Shown: positions 12,205 through 26,358 of the stretch, piece after piece
Layout: the number at the start of each line of letters is the position of its first letter
Position numbering within the stretch: position 1 is the first letter of the stretch
Assembly: GCF_006345805.1 (NCBI RefSeq)
Contig: NC_043005.1
Location: forward strand, 87,792,001 to 87,856,000
Reading direction: 5' to 3'
Length of the DNA stretch: 64,000 bases
From: Octopus sinensis
Taxonomy: Eukaryota
The notes under the pieces: generated by a model
Databases searched by the model: none
Told to the model about the DNA's origin: nothing
The model's input: only the letters and a program-made list of their open reading frames with translations
Made by a program: the position numbers and the translations under genes

Positions 12205-12974
12205 ATCTGCCATTTCTTGTACAGCTGCACAATTTTATATCATACAAATGAATTATTTATACAACCACCTTTCTCTATTTGCTTCCTCTTAATATTAATA
12301 ATATGTATTACTATAATAATACCTAACATATCGCTGAGACTCTCTTTATATGATAGTGATTAACCAGTGGAATTGTTTAGATTATTTAATGCCTAATGTG
12401 GATCTCACACCCTCGAATTAATCATACATATATATGTATATATACATATATATGCATATATACATACATACGTACATACATACCTACGTACATAAGTACA
12501 TATACACAGTCAGGCACAGATATACGTACTCACATGCCTACACATGACATTTATTTGCAAACATATATGTGCACCTACGCATATTTCTATCCACACATGT
12601 AACCATATTCGACAGCGCAGATATGTACTTCCATATGAATGTTATTATTCTATAGATTAAAAAGTGTTAATAATTCTATTCTTATTGCTGGTGTTGTCGT
12701 TGTTCATGTTTTTCCATGTTTATTCATAACTAGCAGTAATACCCATCGTTGATCGGGTAATTACTTTTATTCTTTCTCGGAAGCCACGTGCAAAATGTTA
12801 TTTTAATTTTAGATTTACTCCTCCTGTATGTGTGCATTTTATAAAAAGAAAAATACATATAATTCAAGTAGAAAAATATCAATTTCATACACGAACTTGT
12901 TATATGACAACAATAAGTGAGTTGTATGTGTTATTTTATATATGTATACAGTAATGGCAATTATATAATTCATC

Positions 12975-13092
12975 AGGCTTTGGTCGGCCCGGAGCTGTAA
13001 TGAAAGAGAATTGCCCAACGTGCTGCACAGTGAGACTGAACCCGAGTCGACTTAGTCGGAAAGCAAGCTTCTCAACCACACAGCCACGCCTC
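12975..13092 (-). mobile_element. S3 SINE 5' fragment
   Basis: Reverse complement GGCGTGGCTGTGTGGTTGAGAAGCTTGCTT...CGGGTTCAGTCTCACTGTGCAGCACGTTGGGCAA. Confidence 0.7.
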
Positions 13093-13228
13093 TAAAGGAG
13101 AGATACATTTTGGATAATATACTCCTTGATACAATATGCTTAACAAAAAGATGGGATGTTTACAGCAAGAAGACCTTTGATTTTGATATTTACTCGAGCA
13201 ACTCAACAACTAACACCGCTACACCATA

Positions 13229-13707
13229 CAGGGTGTTTCAGAATTAACTATCTGTTAATTGAGCAATTTTTTTAAAAAACTGAAAGAATGTTATGTTTAT
13301 TAGCAAAACAAATAGATTTATAAATCTTACGTCAAACCTTTATTGAAAATTTGCAACATGTCTGTATCCCTGCTGCATACTTCAAATCTCTCTTTAGTTT
13401 TGTGAAACACATTTTGAAGCATTTCAGGAGTTACCTTCTGCACTGCTAACTGAATGCGTTCTATAAGCTCAGCTAAACGATTGCTCCGTCTTGGGGATGG
13501 AGGTAAAGAAAATGACTGCTGCTAATTGAAAAGAAAGATGTGCCCGACAAATAAGAGGGGTCCAACAGGAATGAAAATAAAATTATAAACAAGATTCAAA
13601 ATTTATACACTTTTAACACATATTAAACATGATAAGCATAAATAAAAGTGGGCTTTTAAAAAGGCATCCGATTTCATACAAATCATTATTAATTCTGGGA
13701 ACCCCTC
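13229..13707 (-). mobile_element. Tc1/mariner non-autonomous deletion derivative
   Basis: TA at 13227-28 and 13708-09; imperfect TIRs CAGGGTGTTTCAGAATTAA / TTAATTCTGGGAACCCCTC; minus-strand remnant LAELIERIQLAVQKVTPEMLQNVFHKTKERFEVC resembles a mariner-type transposase C-terminus. Confidence 0.75.
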
Positions 13708-14095
13708 TATTTACTCGTCCGACTAAACGGGGGAGGGTACACAGTGGGGTATAATTGCAGGTGACGACCGTAGCTTCCAGAAGTCGTTACGCGGTCAAAC
13801 TCAAATGGCTGTGAGTCACAACAGCAGTTTTTTTTTTTTTGTATGAACATTTTGAATTATATCGTTCAGACATGGATGACATAGAAAACAGATATGCTGC
13901 CGGGCCATTCTGCCGGGTCATGGTCCGTTATGCAGAAATGGATACGTGAAACATCAACAGGGCACTTCTAAACTATGGATGAATGGGTTTCTTGTGCCTT
14001 TACCCTGCTGCACAGGATTGGTAACATGAAGTATCAACAGGACGCCGAGAAAATATCGTAATGTTCTCATTTCCTCTGCCAAATTGGACAAAAAA

Positions 14096-16885
14096 GTTTC
14101 CACCTACTATGATAGGAATTGTTTCTGTTTTTAGATTCCACATTCTCGTTACCTCTATTTCCAGGTCTTTGTATTTTGAAAGTTTCTCCATTTCTTTTAG
14201 AGACACGTTGTCATCTGCCGGTATTGATACATCAATTAGAAAGCATTTTTTTTCCTCAACTATATCTGGTCTGTTGGCCTTAATTTCTCTATCTGTGTGT
14301 ATCGGCATATCCCAGAGTATGGTTGCTTTCTCGTTTTCTGTGACCTTTTCTGGTGTGTGCATATACCATCTTTTTTCTGTTGTTATTCCATAATGTTGGC
14401 ATAGCTTCCAGTGTATATAGGTCCCACTCTGTCGTGCCCATGAATATATTCCTTCTTAACCAGGACTGGCCAGCCAGAGATAATATGATTTATTGTTTCT
14501 TGTCCATCTCCACATATTCTGCAGTTACTTGTAATATTTCTTTTCATTACATGTTTTTGGTAATTTCTGGTGGGGAGGCTTTGGTCTTGTGCTGCAATTA
14601 AAAATCCCTCTGTTTCTGCTTTGAGTCCTGAGCTTCTCAACCATTGCTGGGATTTTTCTTTGTCTATTTCTTTTGCGTTTAGTTTAGTCCAGTATTTACC
14701 ATGCTTTTCTTGCCATCGTTTTATCATGGCTCGTTGCTGTTCTATTTTTAGTTTGGATTTCATTTGCTTTATAGCTTTTGTTGTTTCTTCATCTTCTTCA
14801 TATTTATTAGGTGGTATGGTTTCTTGTTTGTATTTGTCAGCTTCCTTAAATACTGAGAACAGTTTTTTTGTTTTGCTCGTGTTTTGCCGCTATTTGTATC
14901 AGTTTTCCTTCCTTCTTTTGCAGTCCTATGTTGGTTATTTTATAGTAGTTTCCCAGCTGTATAAGGCCTCTACCATCTTCTATACGTTGTATATATAGTC
15001 TTTCTATGTCAGATTTTGGGTGATGCATCCTAGATCCTGTCATTATTTTTCTTGTTTTCCTATCTATTTTGGTCAGTTCATTTAGTGTCCAGTTAAGGAT
15101 ATTGTAGCTGTAACTTATAACTGGGACAGCTAAAGTGTTAATACCTATTATCTTGTTTTTTAGCATTGAGCTCTGTTTTTAATATTGATCTAACTCGTCT
15201 ATAATATTCTTCTTTATTTTCTCTTTCATTTGTGTGTGTTGTGTCTTATCTAGTTCATAAATTCCTAAGTATTTGTAAGTTTGGCTTTGGTCTAATTCTT
15301 TTATTTCATTGGTTTTATCTAGTGTGATGTTGCTTCTATTAACTAGTTTTCCTCTTTTCAGAGTTACTTTGGCGCATTTTTCTAATCCAAATTTCATATC
15401 TATTTCTTTGGTAAATCCACGAACTGTCTTTAATAGTGTTTCCAGCTCTTTGTCATTTGCAGCGTATAGTTTTAGGTCATCCATATATAAAAGGTGGCTG
15501 ATCGTTTTGCCGTAACATTTATATGCGCATCCAGTTCTATTTAGCATATCAGATAGAGGTGACAGTGCCAAGCAGAAAAGGAGTGGAGAGAGCGTGTCTC
15601 CCTGGAATATTCCTCTTCTAATGGGGATGTCTTTGGTTTTCATGAGTTCCTCTTTTGTTTGGAGCTTTAGCACTGTTTGCCATTTAGTCATAGAGTGCCC
15701 TATGAATTTTATAATTGTTGGTGCTACTTTGTTAATGGCTAGTGTTTCGAGGATCCATATGTGGGGGATGCTATCAAACGCCTTTTTGTAGTCGATCAAG
15801 GCCATACTGAGGCCTTTCTTCTTTCTGTGGCTGTCTTCAATTATGGCTTTATTAATCATTAGTTGATCTTTACAGCCATATGAGCCTTTGCGGCATCCTT
15901 TCTGCTCTTCTGGAAACAGGTTGTTTTCGTCCAGGTGCTTGTTCAACCTTTGCGATATCACTGCAGTAAATGCCTTGTATATTGTAGGGAGACAGGTTAT
16001 TGGTCTGTAGTTTTCTGGTTTTGCTGTCTCATTTGATTTAGGAATTAAGATGGTTTTCCCCTTCGTGAGCCATTCAGGCATTGTCTCTGGCTCTGCTAGT
16101 ATGTTGTTAAAGTTTGCAGCCAGCTTTTTGTGCATTCCTGTTAGATATTTCAACCAGAAGTTGGGGATCTTGTCATGCCCAGGTGCCTTCCAGTTGCTTA
16201 GTCTTTGCAATGCCTGGGTGACCTCTTCAGTTGTTATGGGGGTCCAAAGTTGCTCAGATGCTGAGTTTGTTGTTTTAATACTCCTTTTTTTGTTGTTCGT
16301 TCGCCGACCATATTTCTCTCCAGAATTCTTCCAATTCTTCTGCCGTTGGTGCTGCAGTGATTTCTATTTTATTTTTGCCAAGTTCTTGGTAGAACTTTTT
16401 GTTTTGTTCAAAGAAGCGCTGGCGTTTCTCGTACCGGCGGATCCTTTGTGCTTTGGCAAGGATATCTTGCTTCAGCTTTTCTTTTATCTCAGGTAATTCT
16501 TTTTCTGTGATGTTATATTTGCGGAGTATTCTTGTTTTCTTTTTGTTGCTTAGTAGCGTTGATTGTCTACTGATTTCTTTAAGAATCGACAGATCTTTTC
16601 TCATTTTTTGTATTTTGTATTGGATGTTATTTATCCACAAGGTTTGTTTGGGTGGTTGTACTCCTGTTTGGATGGGTTTGAGTTAGTATCCAGCTTCTTT
16701 TGTGGCTGCAGTGGCTGCTGCGTATACTAAGTCATTTAGCTCAGTGATATCGCTTTTTGTTTCAGTGGCTATTAGTTTCGTGACGGCTAGGTTTATGCTG
16801 TTTATAATTAGTGTTGTTGTTTCGTCTATTTTGATTTTTGGGAGGTATGGTCGGTGGTCCATTTTGAGCTCTATGGTTTTCTACA
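14096..16885 (-). mobile_element. R4/Dong-like RLE non-LTR retrotransposon, family A, truncated at both ends
   Basis: ORF pieces with RT motifs (YRPITCL, QKGC, DYKKAFDS, GIFQGD.LSP, YMDD), zinc knuckle CRICGDGQETINHIISG and RLE motif RPDIV...FLIDVS...EKLSKY; ends at PIIVG with no 3' UTR. Confidence 0.93.
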
Positions 16886-17113
16886 AGGGCAAGCTATGTC
16901 GATTATCATACATGTTCTTTTTTATTCACCACAACAATGTCCAGTTTCCTATGTCTGGTCGGGTAAGCGCAGTAGATTATTGCATCCCACAGGATTTTGC
17001 AGTTCTCATTTTCGGTGACTCCTTCTGGAGTTTACTCATACCAGGTCTTTGTTCTTTGTAGGCCGTAATTTCCACAGAGCTCCCAATGGATCACTCTTGC
17101 CACATTATCATTG
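16886..17113 (-). mobile_element. RLE-region fragment of a different R4-like family (D)
   Basis: DNVARVIHWELCGNYGLQRTKTWYE*TPEGVTENENCKILWD...LDIVVVNKKE..MIIDIACP (one frameshift); clearly diverged from family A. Confidence 0.75.
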
Positions 17114-17447
17114 ACCAAAAATTAAGTAGATTGACAAGTTTATTTTTTGAACCCGTAGAAGGCACGTTTTTACTTGCATGTGTGCGTGCGTGACTGAGTG
17201 AGTGAGTGAGTGTATGTGTGTGTGCTGTTTGAACCTACTTACGACGCGTTCAACATGGATCGTATCGGGTTTCATTGATTTACAAATTCATGTTACTGCA
17301 TTTACAGGCAATCTCTGTCTTGTTTATTGCCTGAAAACATTGTACATTTTATTGGTCAATGTTTTTGACATCTGCTCGTCTTCGTGTTTTTCTCTCTTTT
17401 TCTGACTTCCTCTATTTTCTCTCTAGATCTGGATATATATATATATG

Positions 17448-17483
<36 letters not shown>

Positions 17484-17490
<7 letters not shown>

Positions 17491-17741
17491 ACGTAACAAT
17501 ATAAACGTACAGAAAATATATAGCCATACACACATACATAGATACATGCATGCATACATACATACTTACATACCTATGTATATATATGTATATTGATCTA
17601 ACTATCTATATATATATATATACGTAGATCTGTATTTATATCTTTTTATATATGCATATATACGCATATGCCTGCATAAACTTATGTATGTATATACATA
17701 CATACGCACACATGCACACATGTACATACATACATAATTAC

Positions 17742-17813
<72 letters not shown>

Positions 17814-18071
17814 ATTATGTATGTATGTACATGTGTGCATGTGTGCGTATGTATGTATATACATACATAAGTTTATGCAGGCATATGCGTATATATGCAT
17901 ATATAAAAAGATATAAATACAGATCTACGTATATATATATATATATAGATAGTTAGATCAATATACATATATATACATAGGTATGTAAGTATGTATGTAT
18001 GCATGCATGTATCTATGTATGTGTGTATGGCTATATATTTTCTGTACGTTTATATTGTTACGTTGATATAT
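17484..18071. repeat. near-perfect ~290-bp-arm palindrome centred on a (TA)n tract (~17781)
   Basis: CAACGTAACAATATAAACGTACAGAAAATATATAGCC... mirrored by ...GGCTATATATTTTCTGTACGTTTATATTGTTACGTTG. Confidence 0.92.
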
Positions 18072-18366
18072 CTGTTCGAGTATTCAAATACACACGAAAT
18101 TCGCTATACGTGTGTGTGTATATATGTGTGTGTCTGTGTCTGTGTGTGTGTATGTGTGTGTGTGCGTTTGTACGCATAGCTGAACGTATGTACGCATAGA
18201 TGTATCTATAATCACATATTTTAGTTGCATTTGTATCTCACTTCTTTTGTTTTTTCTTCATCGCTTCCACCTCCCCCTACAAACTTCCCAAAGTTTCAAC
18301 AGTCTCGCTCTTCATCTATACACACACACACATGTACGTATGTATATCTGTGTGTGTGTATGGTTA

Positions 18367-18943
<577 letters not shown>

Positions 18944-19567
18944 TGTATATAACTCCATATCTATGTAGCCTTTCTCTCAGTCGCCCTATAATAAGACAAT
19001 CCAACGGAAGTAAGATTAACGACCAGCATTCTCCGTGATTTATGCACGTATTGCACAGCGAGGCAAATGATGCATTAGCGAAAATTAACAATGAAACTGC
19101 GACCCGACCACTAAGATCTGGATGTGACATGAAAGGCTGTTTTATGTGTGGTTCCAAGGGAAAGCTTTGCCTCCTCTTTGATCATGCCATGAAATGTGAC
19201 GAAGATTTAAATCATATTATGTTTTAACATGTTTTTCGTGGTGTTGTTTTATATTCTATCTTGATTTTTTTTTGCTATATATATATTTACATCGTAATTT
19301 ACTCCTTATTTTCACTTTTCTGTATATTGCAGATATTTATTATATACATTTGTACTTTTTCTTTTTTCTGGGTTTTTTTTTTGGTATTTTCTTGTTCGTA
19401 TTTTCTTCACAACTTCTTTATCGATATGTCCTCTATAACATCCGTCGACCATTTTAATGCAAGCTGGAGGCCGGATTGGTTTTCAAATTGAGACACATAT
19501 ATCACGACCTCATTCATTTTATGTTATTCTCCTCTTCTACTGTATTCATTATATATACACACACATC

Positions 19568-19644
<77 letters not shown>

Positions 19645-19657
19645 GTATGCATGTATG

Positions 19658-19707
<50 letters not shown>

Positions 19708-19809
19708 CATACATATACGCATATGTATATGTATGTATATATAATATATAAATACACATACATACGCGCACAACCATATATATATATATATAATATATAC
19801 ATATATATA

Positions 19810-19856
<47 letters not shown>

Positions 19857-20891
19857 CTTATTTCTGTTAATTTTTATTTTAGCATTTCATTGTTTTGATT
19901 TATTGGTGAGCTGCTTCTTGCATACGTATGTTTTGAATATATCAACTAACTATATGCGTACATATACATGTGTGGGCATACATATACAAAATAGATATAG
20001 AGATGTATATATATATATATATATGTGGGGGGGTATGCATATGTACACATGTATATGTATGTGTGTGCGCACGCATGTATACATGAAGATAACATCGGTC
20101 AGTTGTCCATATATTGGTAAAAATATACATTCGAAATAGTTTCTTTTTTTGCGGGGGAGAAGTTATATTTTATGTAGGCAAGTAGTATAATGTTAGTTAT
20201 GGTCAGTCAGAAAGTTACTATCGGTTTCGTGTCTAATATAGCAACTCATGAAACCAGGTGCCCGGCGGCACGTAATTTTGTTACGAATAGAAATATAAAT
20301 AAAATCTTAGTTTGGTCGTGAAAAAAACCCTGAAAGGAAAGAAAAAAACATGTCCTAATATACCAATACTGAGAACGATAGCGTTACTTCTTTTTCAACG
20401 ATACCAAGTGTGTGAGAAATGGGTCGGTTATGTACGGGTTTCGTTCACTACTCTGCAGGCACGACACACCACTTTTCGAAAATGAATATCCTACCATACA
20501 GGCACAAACTTCTTGAATTCTATACAGTACTTTTTTAATCCGAAATAACACTGAATTATGAAGGGGTTAATAGTCTCCGTCCATCAGGCCTGATCGGGAC
20601 GTAGCGACAAGCTAAGCATTTCGTACGGCGTGCTAACGATTCTGTTACCGAATGATGAAAATGTTCGGTTTGTGATCATGATGTGCTTGGTTCGAACTCA
20701 CTTCGTGGTATCACTCATAAGTTACATTTTCTATAGCCTGGCGTAAACTCATAACTCGTGATTGAAATTCAGTGTACAGAAACTGTACGGAAGCCCGTCA
20801 GATGGATTTTTTTACGTTGTAGTTCAAAATATACGGACTGGTCGGCACACTCGGTGGCAGGTCGATTCTGTCTACGAATTGCATCAAATGT

Positions 20892-21054
20892 AGGTGCAGG
20901 AGTGGCTGTATGGTAAGTAGCTTTGTTACCAACCACATGGTTCCGGGTTCAGTCCCACTGCGTGGCACTTTGAGCAAGTGTCTTCTACTATAGCGTCGGG
21001 CCGACCAAAGACTCGTGAGTGGATTTGGTATACAGAAACTGAAAGAACCCCGTC

Positions 21055-21106
<52 letters not shown>

Positions 21107-21292
21107 CTGTCTGTGTTTGTTCCCACAACATCGCTTGACAACCGATGCTGGTGTGTTTACGTCCCCGTCACTTAGCGGTTCGGCAAGAGAGATGATAGAA
21201 GAAGTAAAGAATAAGTCCTGGGGTCGATTTGCTCGACTAAAGGCTGTATTCCAGTATGGTCGCAGTCAAAGACTGAAACAAATAAAAGAACA
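20892..21292 (+). mobile_element. S3 SINE, full length, with internal (TA)n
   Basis: Head GGTGCAGGAGTGGCTGTATGGTAAG...CCGGGTTCAGTCCC; tail GCAGTCAAAGACTGAAACAAATAAAAGAA. Confidence 0.85.
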
Positions 21293-21877
21293 AAAGAAAA
21301 GAAAGAAAAGGGAGTATTTGTGAAATAAACCTTAATTCAGGAGCATGTAACTCATTCGAAGTAACAACTGAATCCTCATCGTTAAATGACTGAGATCCTT
21401 TAATATAAAAACACAATCCAACATCAACGCATACCAACAGTTAGTCAACTGATCCTCGTCACCTCGATCCACTGAAAACAGCATTAATCCGATTACAGTT
21501 CTCGCCCGAGCCACGCTGTGCAGGAACTAAATATGAATATTTAAAACGTTTGCAAACACCAAAATATACATTTGAAGCAGAACAGAAACCAGACATAATC
21601 ATGAGCTGCAAATTCACATTAAGCCACAATTTCGCATCATTAGTAATCAATCTTAGCAATCTTTAAACTTTACTCCAAGCTAAATGCTCTCCCAGTTTCA
21701 TTCTGAGTACGGATATTCGTTTTCTAAATGAGTTTATCTCATTTCATCTAGATGTCTCTTCGCCTTTCCTCCGATACTGTATGTTATTATTTTCGTCATC
21801 ATCATCATCATCATCATCAACCTCATCATCACCATCATTATTATTATTATTATTATTGTTATTATTATTATTATTAT

Positions 21878-21930
<53 letters not shown>

Positions 21931-22037
21931 TAGTATCATTATTATCACCATCTTCATCATCATTATTGTTGTTTTTGTTATTGCCGATCTGGGCAATTTT
22001 ATGTGTTTACATGCATATGTATATGCATAAATACAAG

Positions 22038-22114
<77 letters not shown>

Positions 22115-22175
22115 ATATATATATATATATATTATGTGTACATACATATATACACACATATTTGTTTCTCTTTAG

Positions 22176-22209
<34 letters not shown>

Positions 22210-22250
22210 TTGTATATCTTTATCTGTATTTATATACATTTATGTGTGTG

Positions 22251-22293
<43 letters not shown>

Positions 22294-22542
22294 ACATACA
22301 TACATACACACACACAAGCATACGCACATGCATGCATACTTACATACATACATATGATAAAGAGAGATATCAGAAGGCATACACATACAGAGAATTTATA
22401 TAACGTTATATAATAAATGCAAGGTTCAAATGCACACATACACACACCTGTGCGCAAATGAATGTGTGCAGATACATACACATCACACTAGCCTAAACTA
22501 AACGCATACACACAGACAGACAGAAGTACATACATACATACA

Positions 22543-22573
<31 letters not shown>

Positions 22574-22574
22574 G

Positions 22575-22627
<53 letters not shown>

Positions 22628-23319
22628 ATATATATGTATATGTATATATGTATACATATATATATGTGTGTGTGTGTTTATAGAAAGAAGCATGTGCACA
22701 TACATAGACACACAGAACACGAAAATAAATATCTTTGCAGTTATATGAAAGTTATTTCAAAAACTTTGATCTTTTTTCCAAATCTCTTGTAGAAGAAAGT
22801 AAAATAAAGCAAAACAAAAACAATCTAAATCAATCACGGAGACTAAAATATGTTTATTTTCAAGATAGAATCTGATAGTTTTGTGGGAAAAATCTTTGGA
22901 GGGCAGCCAGTTGATGCCCCCCCCCACACACACACACACACATATATAATATATATATTTACATGCAAAAGCTGACTTGTCATATTTTTTTCTTTTACGA
23001 TAGGAGTTGATTGAAGAATGCAATGAAAATAAATATACGGGTGATGATAATGATGATGATAATGGCGACGACAGAGATGGCGGTAGTGGTGGCGGCGACG
23101 AGGATAATGATGATGATGGGGACATGTATTGCAATGGTAGTGATTAATTGGGGGATTTTTTGCAGCGGGGGCGGGAGTTACAATACTAGTTTTAAGAATA
23201 TTTCCTTTGTGGTTTTGATTTCTAATTCTTTTGTATGAATCTTTATTGCTATATATTCTTAATGGTAAATTATGAATTTCCTCGTACAATAAATGCCATT
23301 ATCCTTATCATTGTTTCCG

Positions 23320-23467
23320 GTACAATCATAACCATCATCATCATCATCATCATCACTATCATCCTCATTATCACCATCATAACCATCATCATCATCATCA
23401 TAAACACCATCATCATCATTACCATCACCACCACCATCATCATCATCACCATCATCATCATTACCAT

Positions 23468-23515
<48 letters not shown>

Positions 23516-23615
23516 CATCCTCATCATCATCATCCTAATCATCATCATCATCATAACCATCATCAACTTCATCATCATCATCATCATCATCACAGTCATC
23601 ACCTTCATTATTAAT
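23320..23615. repeat. long imperfect (ATC)/(ACC)n array
   Basis: Directly visible; abuts the 3' tail of the family A LINE copy. Confidence 0.95.
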
Positions 23616-23627
23616 ATTATTATTCAG

Positions 23628-26247
23628 TAGTTCTATTTTTATAGCGTGCTTTCACTTCACTACCGAGCGCAGCTCTGTGTGCCTTGGGTATGTGCTGTGA
23701 TTTGTTGTGATGCTCTGATAGTTATTGTATGGAAAGTGTTCTGCGTAGGATGTGTGCAGTGCCTAGTAGTGCAATTTTCTGTATGTTATATGTGTTTGTA
23801 AGTCCTGGTGTTTTTGTTATGTATTTGTCTGAATCTTTTTTTATCATGCCTAATGCACCTACTATGATAGGAATTGTTTCTGTTTTCAGGTTCCACATTC
23901 TAGTTACCTCTATTTCCAGGTCTTTGTATTTTGAGAGTTTCTCCATTTCTTTTAGAGACACGTTGTCATCTGCCGGTATTTATACATCAATTAGAAAGCA
24001 TTTTTTTTTCTTTATGATCTCTGACAACTATATCTGGTTTGTTGGCCTTAATTTCTCTATCTGTGTGTATCGGCATATCCCAGAGTATGGTTGCTTTCTC
24101 GTTTTCTGTGACCTTTTCTGGTGTGTGCCTATACCATCTTTTTTCTGTTGTTATTCCATAATGTTGGCATAGCTTCCAATGTATGTAGGTTCCAACTCTG
24201 TCATGTCTGTGACTATATTCCTTCTTAGCCAGGACTGGGCAGCTAGAGATAATATGATTTATTGTTTCTTGTCCATCTCCACATATTCTGCAGTTACTTG
24301 TAATATTTCTTTTCATTACATGTTTTTGGTAATTTTGGTGGGGAGGCTTGGTCTTGTGCTGCAATTAAAAATCCCTCTGTTTCTGCTTTGAGTCCTGAGC
24401 TTTTCAACCATTGCTGGGATTTTTCTTTGTCTATTTCTTTTGCGTTTAGTTTAGTGCAGTATTTACCATGAAGGGGCTTTTCTTGCCATCGTTTTATCAT
24501 GGCTCGTTGCTGTTCTATTTTTAGTTTGGATTTCATTTGTTTTATAGCTTTTGTGTTTCTTCATCATCTTCTTCTTCTTCTTTGTGTTTATTAGGTGGTA
24601 TGATTTCTTGTTTGTATTTGTCAGCTTCCTTAAATACTGAGAACAGTTTTTTGTTTTGCTCGTGTTTTGCTGCTATCTGGATAGGTTTTCCTTCCTTCTG
24701 AAGTAGGTATTTTTGCAGTCCTATGGTGGTTATTTTATAGTAGTTTTCCAGCTGTATAAGTCCTCGACCACCTTCTATACGTTGTATATATAGTCTTTCT
24801 ATGTCAGATTTTGGGTGATGCATCCTAGATCCTGTCATTATTTTTCTTGTTTTCCTATCTATTTTGGACAGTTCATTTCGTGTCCAGTTAAGGATATTGT
24901 AGCTGTAACTTATAACTGGGACAGCTAAAGTGTTGATACCTATTATCTTGTTTTTAGCATTGAGCTCTGTTTTTAGTATTGATCTAACTCGTCTATAATA
25001 TTCTTTTTTATTTTCTCTTTCATTTGTGTGTGTTGTGTCTTATCTAGTTCATGGATTCCTAAGTATTTGTAAGTTTGGCTTTGGTCTAATTCTTTTATTT
25101 CATTGGTTTTATCTAGTGTGATGTTGTTACTCTTAACTAGTTTTCCTCTTTTCGTGGTTACTTTGGCGCATTTTTCTAATCCAAATTTCATATCTATTTC
25201 TTTGGTAAATCCACGAACTGTCTTTAATAGTGTTTCCAGCTGTTTGTCATTTGCAGCGTATAGTTTTAGGTCATCCATATATAAAAGGTGGCTGATCGTT
25301 TTGCCGTAACATTTATATCCGCATCCAGTTCTATTTAGCATATCAGATAGAGGTGACAGTGGCAAGCAGAAAAGGAGTGGAGAGAGCGCATCTCCCTGGA
25401 ATATTCCTCTTCTAATGGGGATATCTTTGGTTTTCATGAGTCCCTCTTTTGTTTGGAGGTGTAGGACTGTTTGCCATTTAGTCATAGAGTGCCCTATGAA
25501 TTTTATGATTGTTGGTGCTACTTTGTTAATGGCTAGTGTTTCGAGGGTCCATATGTGGGGGGTGCTATCAAACGCCTTTTTGTAGTCAATCCAGGCCATA
25601 CTGAGGCCTTTCTTCTTTCTGTGGCTGTCTTCAGTTACGGCTTTATTAATCATTAGTTGATCTTTACAGCCATATGAGCCTTTGCGGCATCCTTTCTGCT
25701 CTTCTGGGAACAGTTTGTTTTCGTCCAAGTGCTTGTTCAGCCTTTGCGATATCACTGCAGTAAATGCCTTGAACATAGTAGGGAGACAGGTTATTGGTCT
25801 GTAGTTTTCTGGTTTTGTTGTTTCATTTGATTTAGGAATTAAGATGGTTTTCCCCTTCGTGAGCCATTCAGGCATTGTCTCTGGCTCTGCTAGTATGCTG
25901 TTAAAGTTTTCAGCCAGCTTTTTGTGCATTCCTGTTAGATATTTCAACCAGAAGTTGGGGATCTTGTCATGCCCAGGTGCCTTCCAGTTGCTTAGTTTTT
26001 GCAGTGCCTGGGTGACCTCTTCAGTTGTTATGGGGGTCCAAAGTTGTTCAGATGCCGAGTTTGTTATTTTCATACTCCTTTTTTTTGGCTGTTCGATCGC
26101 CGATCATATTTCTCTCCAGAATTCTTCCAATTCTTCTGCCGTTGGTGCTGCAGTGACTTCTATTTTATTTTTGCCCAGTTCTTGGTAGAACTTTTTGGGG
26201 TCGGAGTTGAACTTTTTGTTCTGTTCAAAGAAGCGTTGGCGTTTCTT
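23628..26247 (-). mobile_element. R4/Dong-like RLE retrotransposon, family A, 5'-truncated with intact 3' end
   Basis: 366-aa RT ORF (24973-26073), CRICGDGQETINHIISSC knuckle, KPDIVVRD and IALLGTAHILRRTLSIQ* C-terminus, ~90-nt 3' UTR ending ...CTACTGAATAATAAT; 5' junction in (AAT)n(AAG)n. Confidence 0.95.
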
Positions 26248-26308
26248 CTTCTTCTTATTATTATTATTATTATTATTATTATGACTATTATCATTATTAT
26301 TATTATTA

Positions 26309-26358
<50 letters not shown>

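Noticed and set aside
13860-14095. Possible continuation of family D or an exon (DMDDIENRYAAGPFCRVMVRYAEMDT) beyond the truncated LINE
   Set aside because: No similarity to an RLE C-terminus, in-frame stops, no recognisable homologue
19042-19227. 61-aa ORF with CxxC (CFMCG)
   Set aside because: Short, no recognisable domain, no donor site before the stop
20230-20570. piggyBac-like end GAAGGGGTTAA at ~20560-20570
   Set aside because: No matching left terminus found nearby
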